Part shown: positions 21,430 through 32,829 of the stretch, in pieces
How positions within the stretch are numbered: position 1 is the stretch's first letter
Layout: the number at the start of each line of letters is the position of its first letter
Virus record (IMG/VR): IMGVR_UViG_3300021399_000102
Span: 64,001-128,000 of that record
DNA from: a virus
Lineage: Duplodnaviria; Caudoviricetes
Strand: one strand, 5' to 3'
DNA length: 64,000 nucleotides
Notes under the pieces: generated by a model
What the model was told of the DNA's origin: nothing
Seen by the model: only the letters and a program-made list of their open reading frames with translations
Database searches by the model: none
Translations under genes and position numbers: made by a program

Positions 21430-22527
21430 TCAATCAAGCACCTCAATCAGTTTTGGTATAATCTCTCCGGACTTGAGGATTTTCACCTTCTTGCCTATTT
21501 CCACTTTCATGGACTCCATCCAGGATATGTTGTTGAGTGTGACGCGCTTGACAGTAGTGCCACAAAGCTGAAAGGGGTCGAGAATGCCCACCGGGGTGAA
21601 CTTGCCATTCGCAGAGGGAGTACCCCAGTCAATCCCAATGAGGGTGGTCACGCCAACGCCAAGGTTCTGCTTGTAGGCAACCGCAGCTTTGGGCCGATAT
21701 TCGTCCTCGTTGATCCAATCCACATCGCAGAGGATGATGCCATCAACCTCGTAGGGTAGTTCCTCGACATAGGTGGATGTTATCTTGAACAGAACATCGT
21801 TGATGGTGTTGAGGTTAATCTTGGACTTGTCAACCACGATGTTGTCGGCAACCTGAAACCCCATTTCCTTTAGCATCTTGAACTGCTCAACTTTCGTGTA
21901 GTCGTGTCCAAGGATTGTATAGGGGACGAATGTGATGAGGCCGAGTTCCTCGGCCTTGAACTTCTTATCTTCCTCCTTTCTGTTAACTGCTCCAGCAACG
22001 AAGTTTCTGGGATTGGCGTACTTGTCCTTGACTTGCTCAAAATCCTTCTTGAAGCAGACCAGTTCTCCCCTGATGTTGCCAGTGAAGCCATTTGGGAGAG
22101 TCGTTGGGATGCCCTTCACATGCTTGACTTTGGAGGTTGAAATCACGCCATAGTAGCCGTCCCCTCGGGTTGCTGAAAGAACCAACTTGCCGTTCTTGTA
22201 CTCGCATCTAAAGGAAATACCATCCACCTTTGCCGAAATTGACATCGCAGACTTGATGTTGGAAGCGACCCACTTCTTAACCTCTTCAGGTTCCTCAGCC
22301 TTGATTTTGGTCATGCTGCCCATAATGAAGGGATGCTTGACCTTGCCATCAATGTTCTTCTCAATAGTTCCCTCGTTCAAGGTGGCAACGAAAGCCTCAT
22401 ACTCGTCCTCGTCCATACGGGACTTCAGAGATTCAAGGAGGTCGTCATACTCCTGATCTGACATAAGTGGGTTGCCGGCTCGGTAGGCTTCATTCGCTTC
22501 TTTGACTTTGTTGATAAGGTCTTTCAT
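21430..22527 (-). CDS. ligA: NAD-dependent DNA ligase, N-terminal subunit (Ia, adenylation and OB domains)
   Basis: AYRAGNPLMSDQEYD, KVDG, ATRGDG, IRGE, NPRNFVAG, DGI, VTLNN, SGEIIPK; ends in TGA. Confidence 0.9.
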   Translation of the reverse strand: MKDLINKVKEANEAYRAGNPLMSDQEYDDLLESLKSRMDEDEYEAFVATLNEGTIEKNIDGKVKHPFIMGSMTKIKAEEPEEVKKWVASNIKSAMSISAKVDGISFRCEYKNGKLVLSATRGDGYYGVISTSKVKHVKGIPTTLPNGFTGNIRGELVCFKKDFEQVKDKYANPRNFVAGAVNRKEEDKKFKAEELGLITFVPYTILGHDYTKVEQFKMLKEMGFQVADNIVVDKSKINLNTINDVLFKITSTYVEELPYEVDGIILCDVDWINEDEYRPKAAVAYKQNLGVGVTTLIGIDWGTPSANGKFTPVGILDPFQLCGTTVKRVTLNNISWMESMKVEIGKKVKILKSGEIIPKLIEVLD

Positions 22528-23157
22528 CGTCTTGTTCTCCTTTACGCCATATATTATATCACATTGGGTCGATTATGTCAACCCACCTTGTAGATGCTTT
22601 GCGAAGTTGGCTTCATTGTCCTGATACCATCCTTAATCACAACGCAATCCTTGCCAAATGCCTTTGACAGACCAACGACTTTGCCAAATGCCAATTCTGC
22701 GCCACAATATACCCCCTTTTCAATGAACACAACCTTGTCTCCAACATGTACTGGAGTTCCGTTGAAGTCCTTGACCTCGGTAATCGCAGGTTTCTTCTTG
22801 CTTGCCATTGTCAATCTCCTATCTTTCTGCCATAGACATTGAGAAGCATAGGCATACTGTTGATTTTGCTTCCATAGTGAATCCAATACACGAACTCGTT
22901 CAACTCGTCATTTGATGTTCCTGGAATCCCTATGAAGCTGTCTATCAACTCGTTTGCTTGCTTCCTCTTGTCCTTTGTCTCGTAGAATGTCTCTTCTTGC
23001 CCAACGAACCTGAACCCATAGTGGGACAGGGTTGGTTCAATTGTCATTTTGTACGGAAACATCCCATCCGTCATTTCGTAGATGTCAGGGTTGTTCTTCC
23101 TCTTCCACGTATTCCAGGATTGGAGGTTTCGTTTCGTGCAGATGTTGGTTGTGGTCT

Positions 23158-23595
23158 TCATTCCAGTGAGTTGTTGTACTCGATTAGTTCATCAACCTTG
23201 AGGTTCAACTTCTGAATTTCCTCGAACGAAGCCGGTTCTCCACCCAATATGATGCTCGGCCATATTTGACCAAGCCAAATGTCATTGTCCGCAACATGCT
23301 CAAGTGCTACCTTGTTGTTGAGAACGAAATTGCGAAGTGCCTTGATGTCATTTATGCTTAATTCTCCGATATCCTTGCAATGGAGGTTTCCATCCAAGTC
23401 CATAGTTCCGAATCTTGAAAAGTTCATCCGATTTCCATGGTCAAGTTGAAACTTCACACGCTTGGAATGATGCCCCTTTACATAAGTCTTGGACTCATCA
23501 ATCCAGATGTTCATTGGTAGCAAAGTCTCGGACTTGTGCTTGTTCGCCATTTCGCAAACAAGAGCAGACTCGTCTATTGGAATCCAATCCGGCAT
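23158..23595 (-). CDS. Hypothetical phage protein
   Basis: ORF in operon between the ligase halves. Confidence 0.55.
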   Translation of the reverse strand: MPDWIPIDESALVCEMANKHKSETLLPMNIWIDESKTYVKGHHSKRVKFQLDHGNRMNFSRFGTMDLDGNLHCKDIGELSINDIKALRNFVLNNKVALEHVADNDIWLGQIWPSIILGGEPASFEEIQKLNLKVDELIEYNNSLE

Positions 23596-23607
23596 TTCGT
23601 TTCTCCC

Positions 23608-24402
23608 TTACAGAGCGTTGAACTCCGACTCGCTCATGATCTTGATGTTTAGTTTCATGGCTTTCTTCAACTTTGACGAAGGTTCTCCCTTCAACCCGGC
23701 ATCAGCAACAACCAACGTGCCAAGACCCTTTGCCACGGACTCGGAAATCTCATATCCAAGTTCACGAGCCTTTGTCTGCGCCTGGGTTCTGGTCATCGTC
23801 TCCAACTTGCCAGTGAAGCAAATGCTGCCTTTGGTGGATTCAACTTTGGGCTTTGCAACCCCAACCGGGGGCTGGTACCTCGCGTCCTCAACAATGAGCT
23901 TCCACATCTCACGAAGGTTGTCAAGGGAGTCCAGAACCAACTTCTCCTTCACGGAGGGATTGGATTCAACTGTGTTGATCCAACCTTCCTTAAGGCAATC
24001 CTCGCCCCCAAACTTGTCCCAGAACGCCTCCATCACGCGACGCCCCGTTCCATAGACGAAGGCAGAAAGCGCGATGAAGATGCTCTTCTTTGGAGCAATC
24101 CAAAGTTTCTTGTTCAACTCGTCCACGAAGTTCACCTCAGACTTGTATGCCGGATTCGCCTTGAACCCAACCACATCCTTCAGGGTCTTGACTCCCCAAC
24201 CCTCAAGAGTGGCGTTGGAGACATTCATGACATTCAATCGTTCAAGGAATGCAGATATGGTCTCGTTGAACCGAGAAGGGCAATTCTCGTTCACGCAAAA
24301 GAGGTTCTTGACCCCATCCTTGCTCTGAATGATCTTCAATTCGCCACCGCATACGGGGCAACACTCAGGAATTCCAATGTTCATCTCCCAATCTCCCATC
24401 AA
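23608..24402 (-). CDS. NAD-dependent DNA ligase, C-terminal subunit (Zn finger, HhH-like, BRCT)
   Basis: PECCPVCG..LFCVNENCP; ICFTGKLETMTRTQAQ..LVVAD..SSKLKKA..IMSESEF. Confidence 0.85.
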   Translation of the reverse strand: MMGDWEMNIGIPECCPVCGGELKIIQSKDGVKNLFCVNENCPSRFNETISAFLERLNVMNVSNATLEGWGVKTLKDVVGFKANPAYKSEVNFVDELNKKLWIAPKKSIFIALSAFVYGTGRRVMEAFWDKFGGEDCLKEGWINTVESNPSVKEKLVLDSLDNLREMWKLIVEDARYQPPVGVAKPKVESTKGSICFTGKLETMTRTQAQTKARELGYEISESVAKGLGTLVVADAGLKGEPSSKLKKAMKLNIKIMSESEFNAL

Positions 24403-24735
24403 TCTACGATATAGAACTTGCCATTATCCCACTGTTCGCCGACAAAGGTGGTATCACCATCGTTGTCATCCACGACGAACACCATGTTGTATCCCTCGTC
24501 GTCGTTCTCCAGTTTGACGAATGTTCCATTTGGAAGCTCATAGAGATTTCTGTTGTAGACCGATCCATCAGGGATATGTACCCCAATCTTCTCAAGGTCT
24601 TGACCCACATACTCTCTTACCATTTCCTTCGCATGTTCGCAGTCAATCATTGTGTTTCTCGCTTTCTTGTTGTTTTTTTGTCGTTAACACCTATAGTATA
24701 TCACATATAGGATGTGAAGTCAAGTACCCTTTGGG

Positions 24736-24939
24736 TCAGTTGTATCTACTGTGGAACCCATCATATCCCATCAGAATGTAGTAGATGCCCTCGAAAATTG
24801 AAATTATGCATGGGATTCCGCTTGCAGAGAACAACATGTACAGTATTCCCCACCACGGTTGCCCCAAGTAGAACTTGTGCGCCCCAAACCAACCGAAGAA
24901 GAACGCCAATATTACGGCTATCCAACGTTCACGTCTCAT
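24736..24939 (-). CDS. TM2/NINE-domain membrane protein
   Basis: ILAFFFGWFGAHKFYLGQ..GILYMLF..GIP.IIS.FEG. Confidence 0.8.
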   Translation of the reverse strand: MRRERWIAVILAFFFGWFGAHKFYLGQPWWGILYMLFSASGIPCIISIFEGIYYILMGYDGFHSRYN

Positions 24940-25235
24940 TCGATTGGTCTTATCTGATTGACAGGTATTGCCCTGTTTTCCCACTTCCTATAGGCATCCA
25001 AATAGTATAAGCCCTTGTGGTAGTCGTATGTGACTTCGTAGTACATTCCATCTGGAATTGTTGAGGATATGAGCCACTTTCTGCTTCCAAGTATGCAACA
25101 TTGCCAAACCACATACACTTGGAAGTCAATGTCCCCATCAGACTTGTCAAGGTGTTCCTTGATATAGTCCACAACCAACTTTTGTGCTTCAAAATTGTAA
25201 TCTGGAAGCCCGGATTTTTCATTGTCATCTGCCAT
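24936..25235 (-). CDS. Conserved phage protein (DUF6275-like)
   Basis: VYVVW..ILG..K.LISST.PDGMYYEVTY..YLDAY.KWEN. Confidence 0.7.
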   Translation of the reverse strand: MADDNEKSGLPDYNFEAQKLVVDYIKEHLDKSDGDIDFQVYVVWQCCILGSRKWLISSTIPDGMYYEVTYDYHKGLYYLDAYRKWENRAIPVNQIRPIE

Positions 25236-25247
25236 TGTATTTTCTCC

Positions 25248-25619
25248 TTAAAGTGTCATCATTATTCCAAAGGTCAAGAGAATCTGCCCAAGGTGGAGCA
25301 ATTGGTCTTGGATAAGGTTTATCTTCATCCTGTTCGCCTTGAGGTCATCCACGATTGCATGTACGATGGTATTGCCCATCACTGCACAAAGAAACCAAGG
25401 CGATGCGTAGAATGGTGCGCAAATGAATATGCTCCAATACAGCGCATGGCAATAAAGTGCCGCAATATAGTCGTGCTTGTACTTGTCAGGGGTTTCTCCT
25501 CCACAAACTTTCTTCCACCAGGACTTTTGCTTTCCATCTGACAACCAACCTTGCAGGGTATAGTCGGCAACGAGATGCCCAAGCAGCATCAGAATCAAAA
25601 TGAGTTGCCAAGTCAGCAT
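25248..25619 (-). CDS. DUF3307-like membrane protein
   Basis: GHLVADYTLQ, HAIVDDLK, DQLLHL. Confidence 0.75.
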   Translation of the reverse strand: MLTWQLILILMLLGHLVADYTLQGWLSDGKQKSWWKKVCGGETPDKYKHDYIAALYCHALYWSIFICAPFYASPWFLCAVMGNTIVHAIVDDLKANRMKINLIQDQLLHLGQILLTFGIMMTL

Positions 25620-26088
25620 AGAAAGTCCCCATCAACACAACAAGTCACGATTGGCGTTCCATCCCAATTGCGTCTTCCCCAAGGCCAATCGGGGTTTGTT
25701 GGATAGTTTGGAACTTCCGGTGGCCAGGTTGGATATGTTGGTGTCTCAGATGGCCAGCATGGATATGGTCTGTTGATTTGTGGATATCCATTGTTTGGGG
25801 GATTCTCAACGATCCTGCGAATCTCCTCTTCTGAACCCTCGTATGTAATTCCATTTATGGTTGCTTTCATAATAGTCTCCTGTTCAATCTAAATGCTTAC
25901 CCTTCTTTCCACGCTTTTCATATACTGCGGAAATGCCAATGAGTCTCCTACCCTTGTTGTCTTTGCCCTTGAAGAATGCAGTAAGGGCATCAACAGTCTT
26001 TTCTCCAGAAACCCGGACTATGCCACTTTCTTTTGTGACGTTCCCTTCAGAAGAAATCTCCCAGGTTATGTCCCACTCCATGATGCCG

Positions 26089-26784
26089 TCATTTGCCTCC
26101 ACTTTGCTCTTTTCCCTTTACCTTGCCACAACCACGCTTCTCAGGGCAATAGCCCAGTTCCTGACACTTTGGCTTGAATACCTTGAGGTCGTAGGAAAGC
26201 TCCTCCCATTCGTCAGAATAGTTCTCCAACTGCCAAAGAATCTCCTTCATCAATTCACGATATTCCCAATATGCTCTGTTGCAAAGCCTCTGTCTAGTCA
26301 TGTCAATCAAGTGTCGAAGATTGGTTCTCACCACAACCTTTGTCGTGGATGCCAGAGGAAGCACGTTTGTGGCATCCTCGTTTGGGATTCCAAGTTGCTT
26401 CAACTTCTCAATCGTACCAGGGACTTGAGAAACCAACTCTGACCATACCTTCTTCGCTTCCATGTTGTTCTCAATGGACTTCGGCGTAACAACCTCAAAG
26501 CACTTGGAATAGTCGATGTATCGCGTGGAAGCCTGAAGTCTGGAGGGACCACCAGCAATGTGCGTGTAGAACTCGCGTATGACCTTCGCTGACCATCCAT
26601 CCAACACCATGTAGATTTGTGGGAACTCCATCGCACGTCCATGGTTGGACTGTATGCAATCAACCCCTCGCTTGTGGTTCTTCTCTGCGTCAGATATGTC
26701 GGCTCCCCAGCAGATTCCTGCTTCTTCGCCAATAAGTGTGATTGGATTCGTTGTCGTGTACTTCTGGATTGCTACTGTTCCCAT
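26089..26784 (-). CDS. thyX: FAD-dependent thymidylate synthase
   Basis: HGRAMEF, REFYTH..SRLQASTRY, EDATNVLP, NLRHL, RLCNRAYWEYR. Confidence 0.9.
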   Translation of the reverse strand: MGTVAIQKYTTTNPITLIGEEAGICWGADISDAEKNHKRGVDCIQSNHGRAMEFPQIYMVLDGWSAKVIREFYTHIAGGPSRLQASTRYIDYSKCFEVVTPKSIENNMEAKKVWSELVSQVPGTIEKLKQLGIPNEDATNVLPLASTTKVVVRTNLRHLIDMTRQRLCNRAYWEYRELMKEILWQLENYSDEWEELSYDLKVFKPKCQELGYCPEKRGCGKVKGKEQSGGK

Positions 26785-26841
26785 GTTCTTTATCCTCAAT
26801 TGCCAATCCAATTATACAACTTTTTGCGCTTGAAGAGATAA

Positions 26842-27843
26842 TCAATATCCTGATGTGGTGTAGGATATGTCAGGTGGATCATTGGAAATGGTCAATCCAG
26901 ATCCAAAGTCAGATGGCAGTGTGAAATATTGGCCTGTGATATTGTTTATCAACGGAATCATGTCGCTTATTGAATCTCCGGAATATTCGTCCCATTTGAT
27001 GTTGCCATTCGAGTCGAACTTGACGCCGTGTTCCTCCAACAGGTTCATTGCGTCTGCTCCATCCTCATAGAGCTTGTTCAACTTTCCTTCAAGGTCAGAT
27101 ATTCGGTCTTGTTGTTCATTGATTATGCTTCTGGACTCGTTTATTTCTTCCTCAAGTTGGCTTGAACTCATCTGCATTCTGCTGATCTTGTTCATGGCTT
27201 CCTTCAGAAGCTCTATGTTACTGAATTCAGTTTCGTTGGGGAACTTGCGCCAATCGTTGTACATTGAGACAAGTTCATATACGATTCCATATATGTCCGA
27301 TGTTTCTGGAACGCCAAATGCGCCTCTCAACTCGCCATTTTCAAGTATTGTGATGTTGTCAGGAATGCCATAGCCCTTTCTAAACACCATGTTCGCATAG
27401 ACTGTGTTTATGGCCGGTATGGATGGAGAAGACGAATATATGTCCTTTGCCTTTGCCTTTTCCTCGCTCCTTTTTCTCAACTCCTTCCACATTTCCTTCA
27501 TCTTCCCAAATGGCTTTTGGCTTGATTTCTCCACTATGAACACACGTTTGTAGCCAATTCCCAGGGTGGTGTTTGGGGCATATGTGACTATCAGAGGATA
27601 GTCTTCGGCTTGCCCAAACTTCTCAGCAGTAACTGGATGGTAGTCCTTATCCATCTTTGACCAATCAGGAATCTTGACCTTGGTGATGAACTTGTTGTTG
27701 GAGTTGTGGATAGACATCTCAGGATATTCTTGGAACATATCGTTCCAATCTACGTCAATTTCGTCCTTCTGAACAGCCCACCCTGTTGCCCAACTGTCGT
27801 TGTTCATGGAATCCTCCTTATTGGTCTGCGTTGTTGTACCCAT
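26842..27843 (-). CDS. Coiled-coil paralog family, member 3
   Basis: Shared W..FP...LYE..ADAMNLLEE.G module. Confidence 0.65.
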   Translation of the reverse strand: MGTTTQTNKEDSMNNDSWATGWAVQKDEIDVDWNDMFQEYPEMSIHNSNNKFITKVKIPDWSKMDKDYHPVTAEKFGQAEDYPLIVTYAPNTTLGIGYKRVFIVEKSSQKPFGKMKEMWKELRKRSEEKAKAKDIYSSSPSIPAINTVYANMVFRKGYGIPDNITILENGELRGAFGVPETSDIYGIVYELVSMYNDWRKFPNETEFSNIELLKEAMNKISRMQMSSSQLEEEINESRSIINEQQDRISDLEGKLNKLYEDGADAMNLLEEHGVKFDSNGNIKWDEYSGDSISDMIPLINNITGQYFTLPSDFGSGLTISNDPPDISYTTSGY

Positions 27844-28903
27844 TGAATGCCTTGAGTGACATATTCAGGCTTCTTGACAACTTCTGCAACAATTCTGTTG
27901 GCATCTCCATCTTTACATCCAAGTCCTTCTTCTGGAATTTCTCAATCTTCGTCAAGTCGTAGCCATATTCCTCAAGTAGATTCAATGCGTCTGCTGCCTT
28001 CTCGTACATTTCGTTCTGTTCGCGTTCAAGTTCAGCAATTTTCTCTTGACTTGACTTGATGCTTGTGCGAATGTCATCAATCTTGTTCTTGATTCTCCCT
28101 GAACTTTCCTCCTTCTGCATTTCCTCAACAGCATTCCACGCAAACGTCAATTTGGCTACAATGTCAGAGGATTCCACGTCAGGGAACCTTCTCCAATTCT
28201 CGTATTGCAAATAGAGATCGTCAACTGCGCAATTCACGAGATATGCGTCTGGGAGAAATTCGCCAGTCTTGTCACGAATCTTGCCATCCATTCCCATTTT
28301 ATATGGTCTATCCACAAACCTACCGTGTGCCTCAAGCTCGTCTTGGTTGTACTTGGCAACAGATGCGCAAAGGTTATTCATTTGCTTGAACGGAATGTTG
28401 TCCTCTGTGAACACAATCTTTGCGAAAGGATGTTCTTCAAATGCATCTGGCGAAGATGGCATATAGGTGACAAGATTCACTATGGTGTTGGTTCTTTGCT
28501 TGTCTCCAATGTTCCAAGCTGTTGCGCTGAATCCAGGATATTGCTCAACCCAACTTGGGAGAACTTCGTATTTCTTTGGCTTGGGACTGTTTTTGATGAG
28601 TGTGCTTCTTTGGGAACGTGGATCAAATGCAATTTTTCCAGGCGTCCCTTCCCACCAATAGTGTTGGTCGTCTGAATAATTGGAATTCTCTTGTCCCCAA
28701 TTTAATGGACGTTCTGTTGTTTGAGACCATCCAGGTGGAAGCTCACCTCCAATGTAATTCCCATTGGAAGATTTGTATGCAGAATCGTCAGAATCGCCAC
28801 TCTTCTTGTATATGTCCTCCAAAGAAGAGCGCATATGTGCGACAGCAAGATTCCTTTGCTGCTCAGCCTTTGCCATGTTGCTTTTCTTGAAAATGTTCCA
28901 CAT
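27818..28903 (-). CDS. Coiled-coil paralog family, member 2
   Basis: WRRFP...MYEKAADALNLLEEYG. Confidence 0.65.
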   Translation of the reverse strand: MWNIFKKSNMAKAEQQRNLAVAHMRSSLEDIYKKSGDSDDSAYKSSNGNYIGGELPPGWSQTTERPLNWGQENSNYSDDQHYWWEGTPGKIAFDPRSQRSTLIKNSPKPKKYEVLPSWVEQYPGFSATAWNIGDKQRTNTIVNLVTYMPSSPDAFEEHPFAKIVFTEDNIPFKQMNNLCASVAKYNQDELEAHGRFVDRPYKMGMDGKIRDKTGEFLPDAYLVNCAVDDLYLQYENWRRFPDVESSDIVAKLTFAWNAVEEMQKEESSGRIKNKIDDIRTSIKSSQEKIAELEREQNEMYEKAADALNLLEEYGYDLTKIEKFQKKDLDVKMEMPTELLQKLSRSLNMSLKAFNGYNNADQ

Positions 28904-28926
28904 ACTACATTATACCACTTCAGGTG

Positions 28927-29895
28927 TCATTGGATTAATGTCCACTTGTTGTTTCCACAATAGACAGCTTGCTTGTTGTTATTTGGATTAACCACAATAT
29001 CCCCAATTTCAATGCTTCCTGGGATTGTGGAGAATCCAACTGATACTCCACCACTTGAATTGGCTGAAATGGACGCTGTTCCAATGAACTTTGAACCCCA
29101 ATAATGAGAACCACTGGATACTGACCCTGGGTACAACGAGCTAAAGTCAAGATTGTTTATTATGGAATTAATTTCCCGAGATAGGTCGGCTTTCCTTGGT
29201 TCTCCATCCCCATCCATGTCAGCCTTGATTCCATTTTCCTCAAAGAGGTTCATGGCATCAGCGGCTTGCTCATAAATCTCGTTCAGGGATTTCTCCAACT
29301 TGACAATCTTCTCTTGCTCGGCCTTGATTGTCTCTTGGGCTTCCTTGATTTGGTTGGCTATCCAATTGTGGGATTCCTCGATATTGAGCTTATTTATTGC
29401 CTCTTGACCTTCAATGAGCTTCCTTACGGTGTCCAACTCGTTTATGGTAGGGAAATCCTTCCACTGACTCCACATGGTGATTGCTTCCTTGAGGATTGGC
29501 CAGATTTCATTGGCTTTCACAATCATCTTGCAATGCGTCAATCTGCCTTCAGAATCAATCTCGTAGTCGGGTTGAGATTGCTTCGCAAATATCTTGCCAA
29601 GCTCCCTCCACATATCCTTCATGTAGGGGACAGGCTGACCATTCTTCTCCACAAGATACAGCCTCGTGAAGTCGCTCAAATGTGGGAAACCTGGCTTTGC
29701 CTTGTATTCGACAACAACAACCTTTGGATCTTGAAGGTTCATGTCGTAGGCAACATCAAGGTAGTTGTCCTCCCTCGGCGCCCAAAGGGGAGTCCCAACC
29801 ATATCCGGCTTTGTCTTGAAGACAGGGGGTCTCCGATTGAAACCTGATGGTGAAGGTTTCTTGAAGATTGGCAGGGGAAGAACGGAAAAGCTCAT
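28927..29895 (-). CDS. Coiled-coil paralog family, member 1
   Basis: WKDFP...IYEQAADAMNLFEENG. Confidence 0.65.
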   Translation of the reverse strand: MSFSVLPLPIFKKPSPSGFNRRPPVFKTKPDMVGTPLWAPREDNYLDVAYDMNLQDPKVVVVEYKAKPGFPHLSDFTRLYLVEKNGQPVPYMKDMWRELGKIFAKQSQPDYEIDSEGRLTHCKMIVKANEIWPILKEAITMWSQWKDFPTINELDTVRKLIEGQEAINKLNIEESHNWIANQIKEAQETIKAEQEKIVKLEKSLNEIYEQAADAMNLFEENGIKADMDGDGEPRKADLSREINSIINNLDFSSLYPGSVSSGSHYWGSKFIGTASISANSSGGVSVGFSTIPGSIEIGDIVVNPNNNKQAVYCGNNKWTLIQ

Positions 29896-31603
29896 ATTAC
29901 CTCGTTAGGTTTCTCTCTCTCTTCTTCTCATCTTGCCATGAAGATTGAATAGGCGATTGCGTTGGATTCTCGGACTTTCAGTTCCTTGATTATCCATTCA
30001 TTGCCATTTGCGCATATGAATCCGTGCTTTGGCTTCTTCCTATCGCAGACGACCACCATCCCACCAACAGGAACGTCACATCCCATAATCATGTCGTCAA
30101 CGTGTGACAATTCGTTGTAGGAGAGCGCGTCAAGAATGTCCTGTTCGCTCTTGCAATTGGCATCATCCTCGCTTTGGGTGATGTGAGTCCAGTCCCACTT
30201 CACCTTTGACAGATCAACCTCCTTGGTCTTCAACGTGAGGTTGATTATGTCCTTTGGATTCTTCGCGGTTATGATGTACTTCTTCATCATAGTTCAATCA
30301 TGTCAAAGTCATTGGACTTGGTGTGTGATGGCTGGGCAACCACAGAATACCATCCATCTTCTATGTCCCTGACCGCATCCTTGATGTGGTCTTTGACGAC
30401 ATAGGAATTGCCCTTGTATAGCATCGTCTTCTTGCCGAGTACATGTGCCTGGAGCAGAGCTGTCATGAAGCTCGTGTTGTATCTCGGACCGTCTGGTATA
30501 GTTGGCATAATCTTCTCCTGTTGTCTCTTTCCAAACTTCACCTATATTATATCACAAACCGCCTCGGGCTGTCAATAGCCCTTTGCGGATTTGTTTGGGG
30601 TCAATATGTCCTTGATATATTAGGTCAGAACGAACACAACCCTATAATCCTCGCCATATTCAGTATATTCGCTGAGAACAAGGTCGATTGCTTCCTTCTG
30701 ACCAATGCTTCTCATCTCCTCATATCCAAGCTGAAGATCCTCAACAAGTTGCTTGTTGATGGGGAACGTCATTTTGTCCTTCTCATCGTCTCCCCAAGGC
30801 TCAAGCTCGTCACCATCGTCAGAATAGACCCGAGGGCAACCCAACGCCTTTACAACCATGTTGAGCTTGGTGTAGGCATTGTGAATCTTGGAGGATACTG
30901 CATCTTCAAGCTCTTGTGTGGTCTTGGTATAGAAGCTGGCGTAGCACCTTGCTTCTCCTGTAGTGTCGTCCTTCTCCTGCGGATAGATTCCCTTGAGACC
31001 ATCAGACAAATCTTCCCACTTGAGCTTGGGATATTCGTTGTAGTCCTCAAAGATGTACTTCAGATAGCTGGAGATTGGCTTTTCTGTGACAAGTTCCCAC
31101 TTGTCAGTGTCCTTATTCTTGTGTTCAACGTATGCTGCAATGTTGTAGCCCATTAGTGTGTCCTTTCTTTTTCGTTGTTCTCTTTTGGAGGATTCCCAAA
31201 CCAATAACTTGGCGCAAGTTCATCTGACTTGTAGATGTAGTGGAATTCAGTGTTCCCATTCTCGTCCTCGACTTCTTCGCCACCCTCTATGTCTGCTTCT
31301 GCAACGAGAGTGTCCTTTGGGCCGGTTGGTGGCTTTGGGACTTTCGCTGGTTCTGGAGGGGGAGGTGGAGGGTCATCTTCAAGGTCGTCTGGCCATCTTG
31401 TATTTGACAGATTGATTCCGTATCCCATGCTTTTCTTTCCAAACAGGAGAAGAATGAATTCATATGTCATGTACACAAACCCCATAAAGCAAAGGGTAAG
31501 GATTACGAGTAGAACTGGGTGTTCCAATAATGTCAATAGGAATTGCATAGTTGTTTGTCTCCTTTAGTATACTATATTATACGTCTTTTCGGAATTAAAG
31601 TAA

Positions 31604-31632
31604 AGGCGGGTCAGCTTTCGCCAACCCACCCT
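31604..31632 (-). terminator. Intrinsic terminator
   Basis: AGGGTGGGTTGGC-GAAA-GCTGACCCGCCTTTA on the minus strand. Confidence 0.65.
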
Positions 31633-31660
31633 GTATCATTCTGCTTGAATGGCTTGTATG

Positions 31661-32263
31661 TTACCACTTCTTGCCATCAACAGTCTTGAGAATGAACGAT
31701 GCTGCGGCGCCATAGACTGTCATCTCGTCAACGGTCTCATCGGCATCAATCTCGCAAGAACCATCCCACTCAGTGAATGAACCACCACAAGGGCAGATGT
31801 ACTTGCCACCAACAACGCCCTTGAGCGTCTTGACGCGGGAGCAGGTCTCAGTAGTGTCGCCACAAGGGGTGCATCCACCTGTCGTCTTCGTCTTGAGCGT
31901 TCCCCACCCAAAGAACGTGAGCTCGGTAAGACCCTCAGTAGGATCTTCATTCACGAACTTGAGCGTAGTGGCGCAATCTGTTCCCTTCTTGCCAAACACG
32001 GCATATGCAGTCTCGCTGTCGAGAGCAAGCGTATACGTCGCCTTCGTCTTCTTGAGTGTGACAACCAACGTTGCGGTCGTGTTCGTTTCGGACTCGTCAT
32101 CCTCAATGGTCAGAGTGCCAGTGACAGGGGTGGTAGCACCCTCGAACGCGGTCTTTCCAACCTTGGGATACTTAATCGTCGTCTTGAACGTATAGACATC
32201 CGTGGATGCCATTGCGAACATAGAACCAGCAACAAGTGCCAGCATCATGATTATCTTCTTCAT
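31661..32263 (-). CDS. Secreted Thr/Cys-containing host-like protein
   Basis: Signal peptide MKKIIMMLALVAGSMFAMA; own promoter and terminator. Confidence 0.65.
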   Translation of the reverse strand: MKKIIMMLALVAGSMFAMASTDVYTFKTTIKYPKVGKTAFEGATTPVTGTLTIEDDESETNTTATLVVTLKKTKATYTLALDSETAYAVFGKKGTDCATTLKFVNEDPTEGLTELTFFGWGTLKTKTTGGCTPCGDTTETCSRVKTLKGVVGGKYICPCGGSFTEWDGSCEIDADETVDEMTVYGAAASFILKTVDGKKW

Positions 32264-32829
32264 TTCTTTGTTTCCTCTTTGTTGTTATTACTTGCTTTTA
32301 TGCAGGTTTATAGGGACTTGTGTTGTGTTGTTTATCCCAAACCAACTTTCAAGCATTGTATCAATTATACAAGATTCCTGGTCCCGTATAAAGCTTTGTT
32401 GTTGTTAAGATATATTTACGCTGTTAAAGATAACTCGGCAGACCCTCTATGCTCCCTTTTTCTTGTTTCCAGCGCTTTTTGAATGCTTTTCCCAACATTT
32501 TCATAGTGTCTTTGTTCCCTGTCACCTCTTCATAAATCGGTATCATGTATAGATAAAGGAAGGGAAAGAGGCTTATGTCATTGGGTTTGGATAGATATGA
32601 CTTGCTCACTTCAATTGGGTTATCTGAATCCAGATAAAGCCTACACCCCTCGTTGCATTTGCCGTGTTCCTTCAACCAGCAATCCTTGCATCTTTGCTTT
32701 TTGGCATTGAGTATGGATTGTCCATGCAAGGCAAGAATCTTGTCTCGCACTTTCACGTCTTCCGGATTTGTCAAGTCAAGATGAAGTTGTGTAAGGGCAG
32801 TATTGAGTTCATCCAAGGTCATGGTTCAA

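Noticed and set aside
22528-23607. Intron or intein interrupting the ligase
   Set aside because: The halves are in the wrong order for cis-splicing and the interval holds ordinary ORFs.
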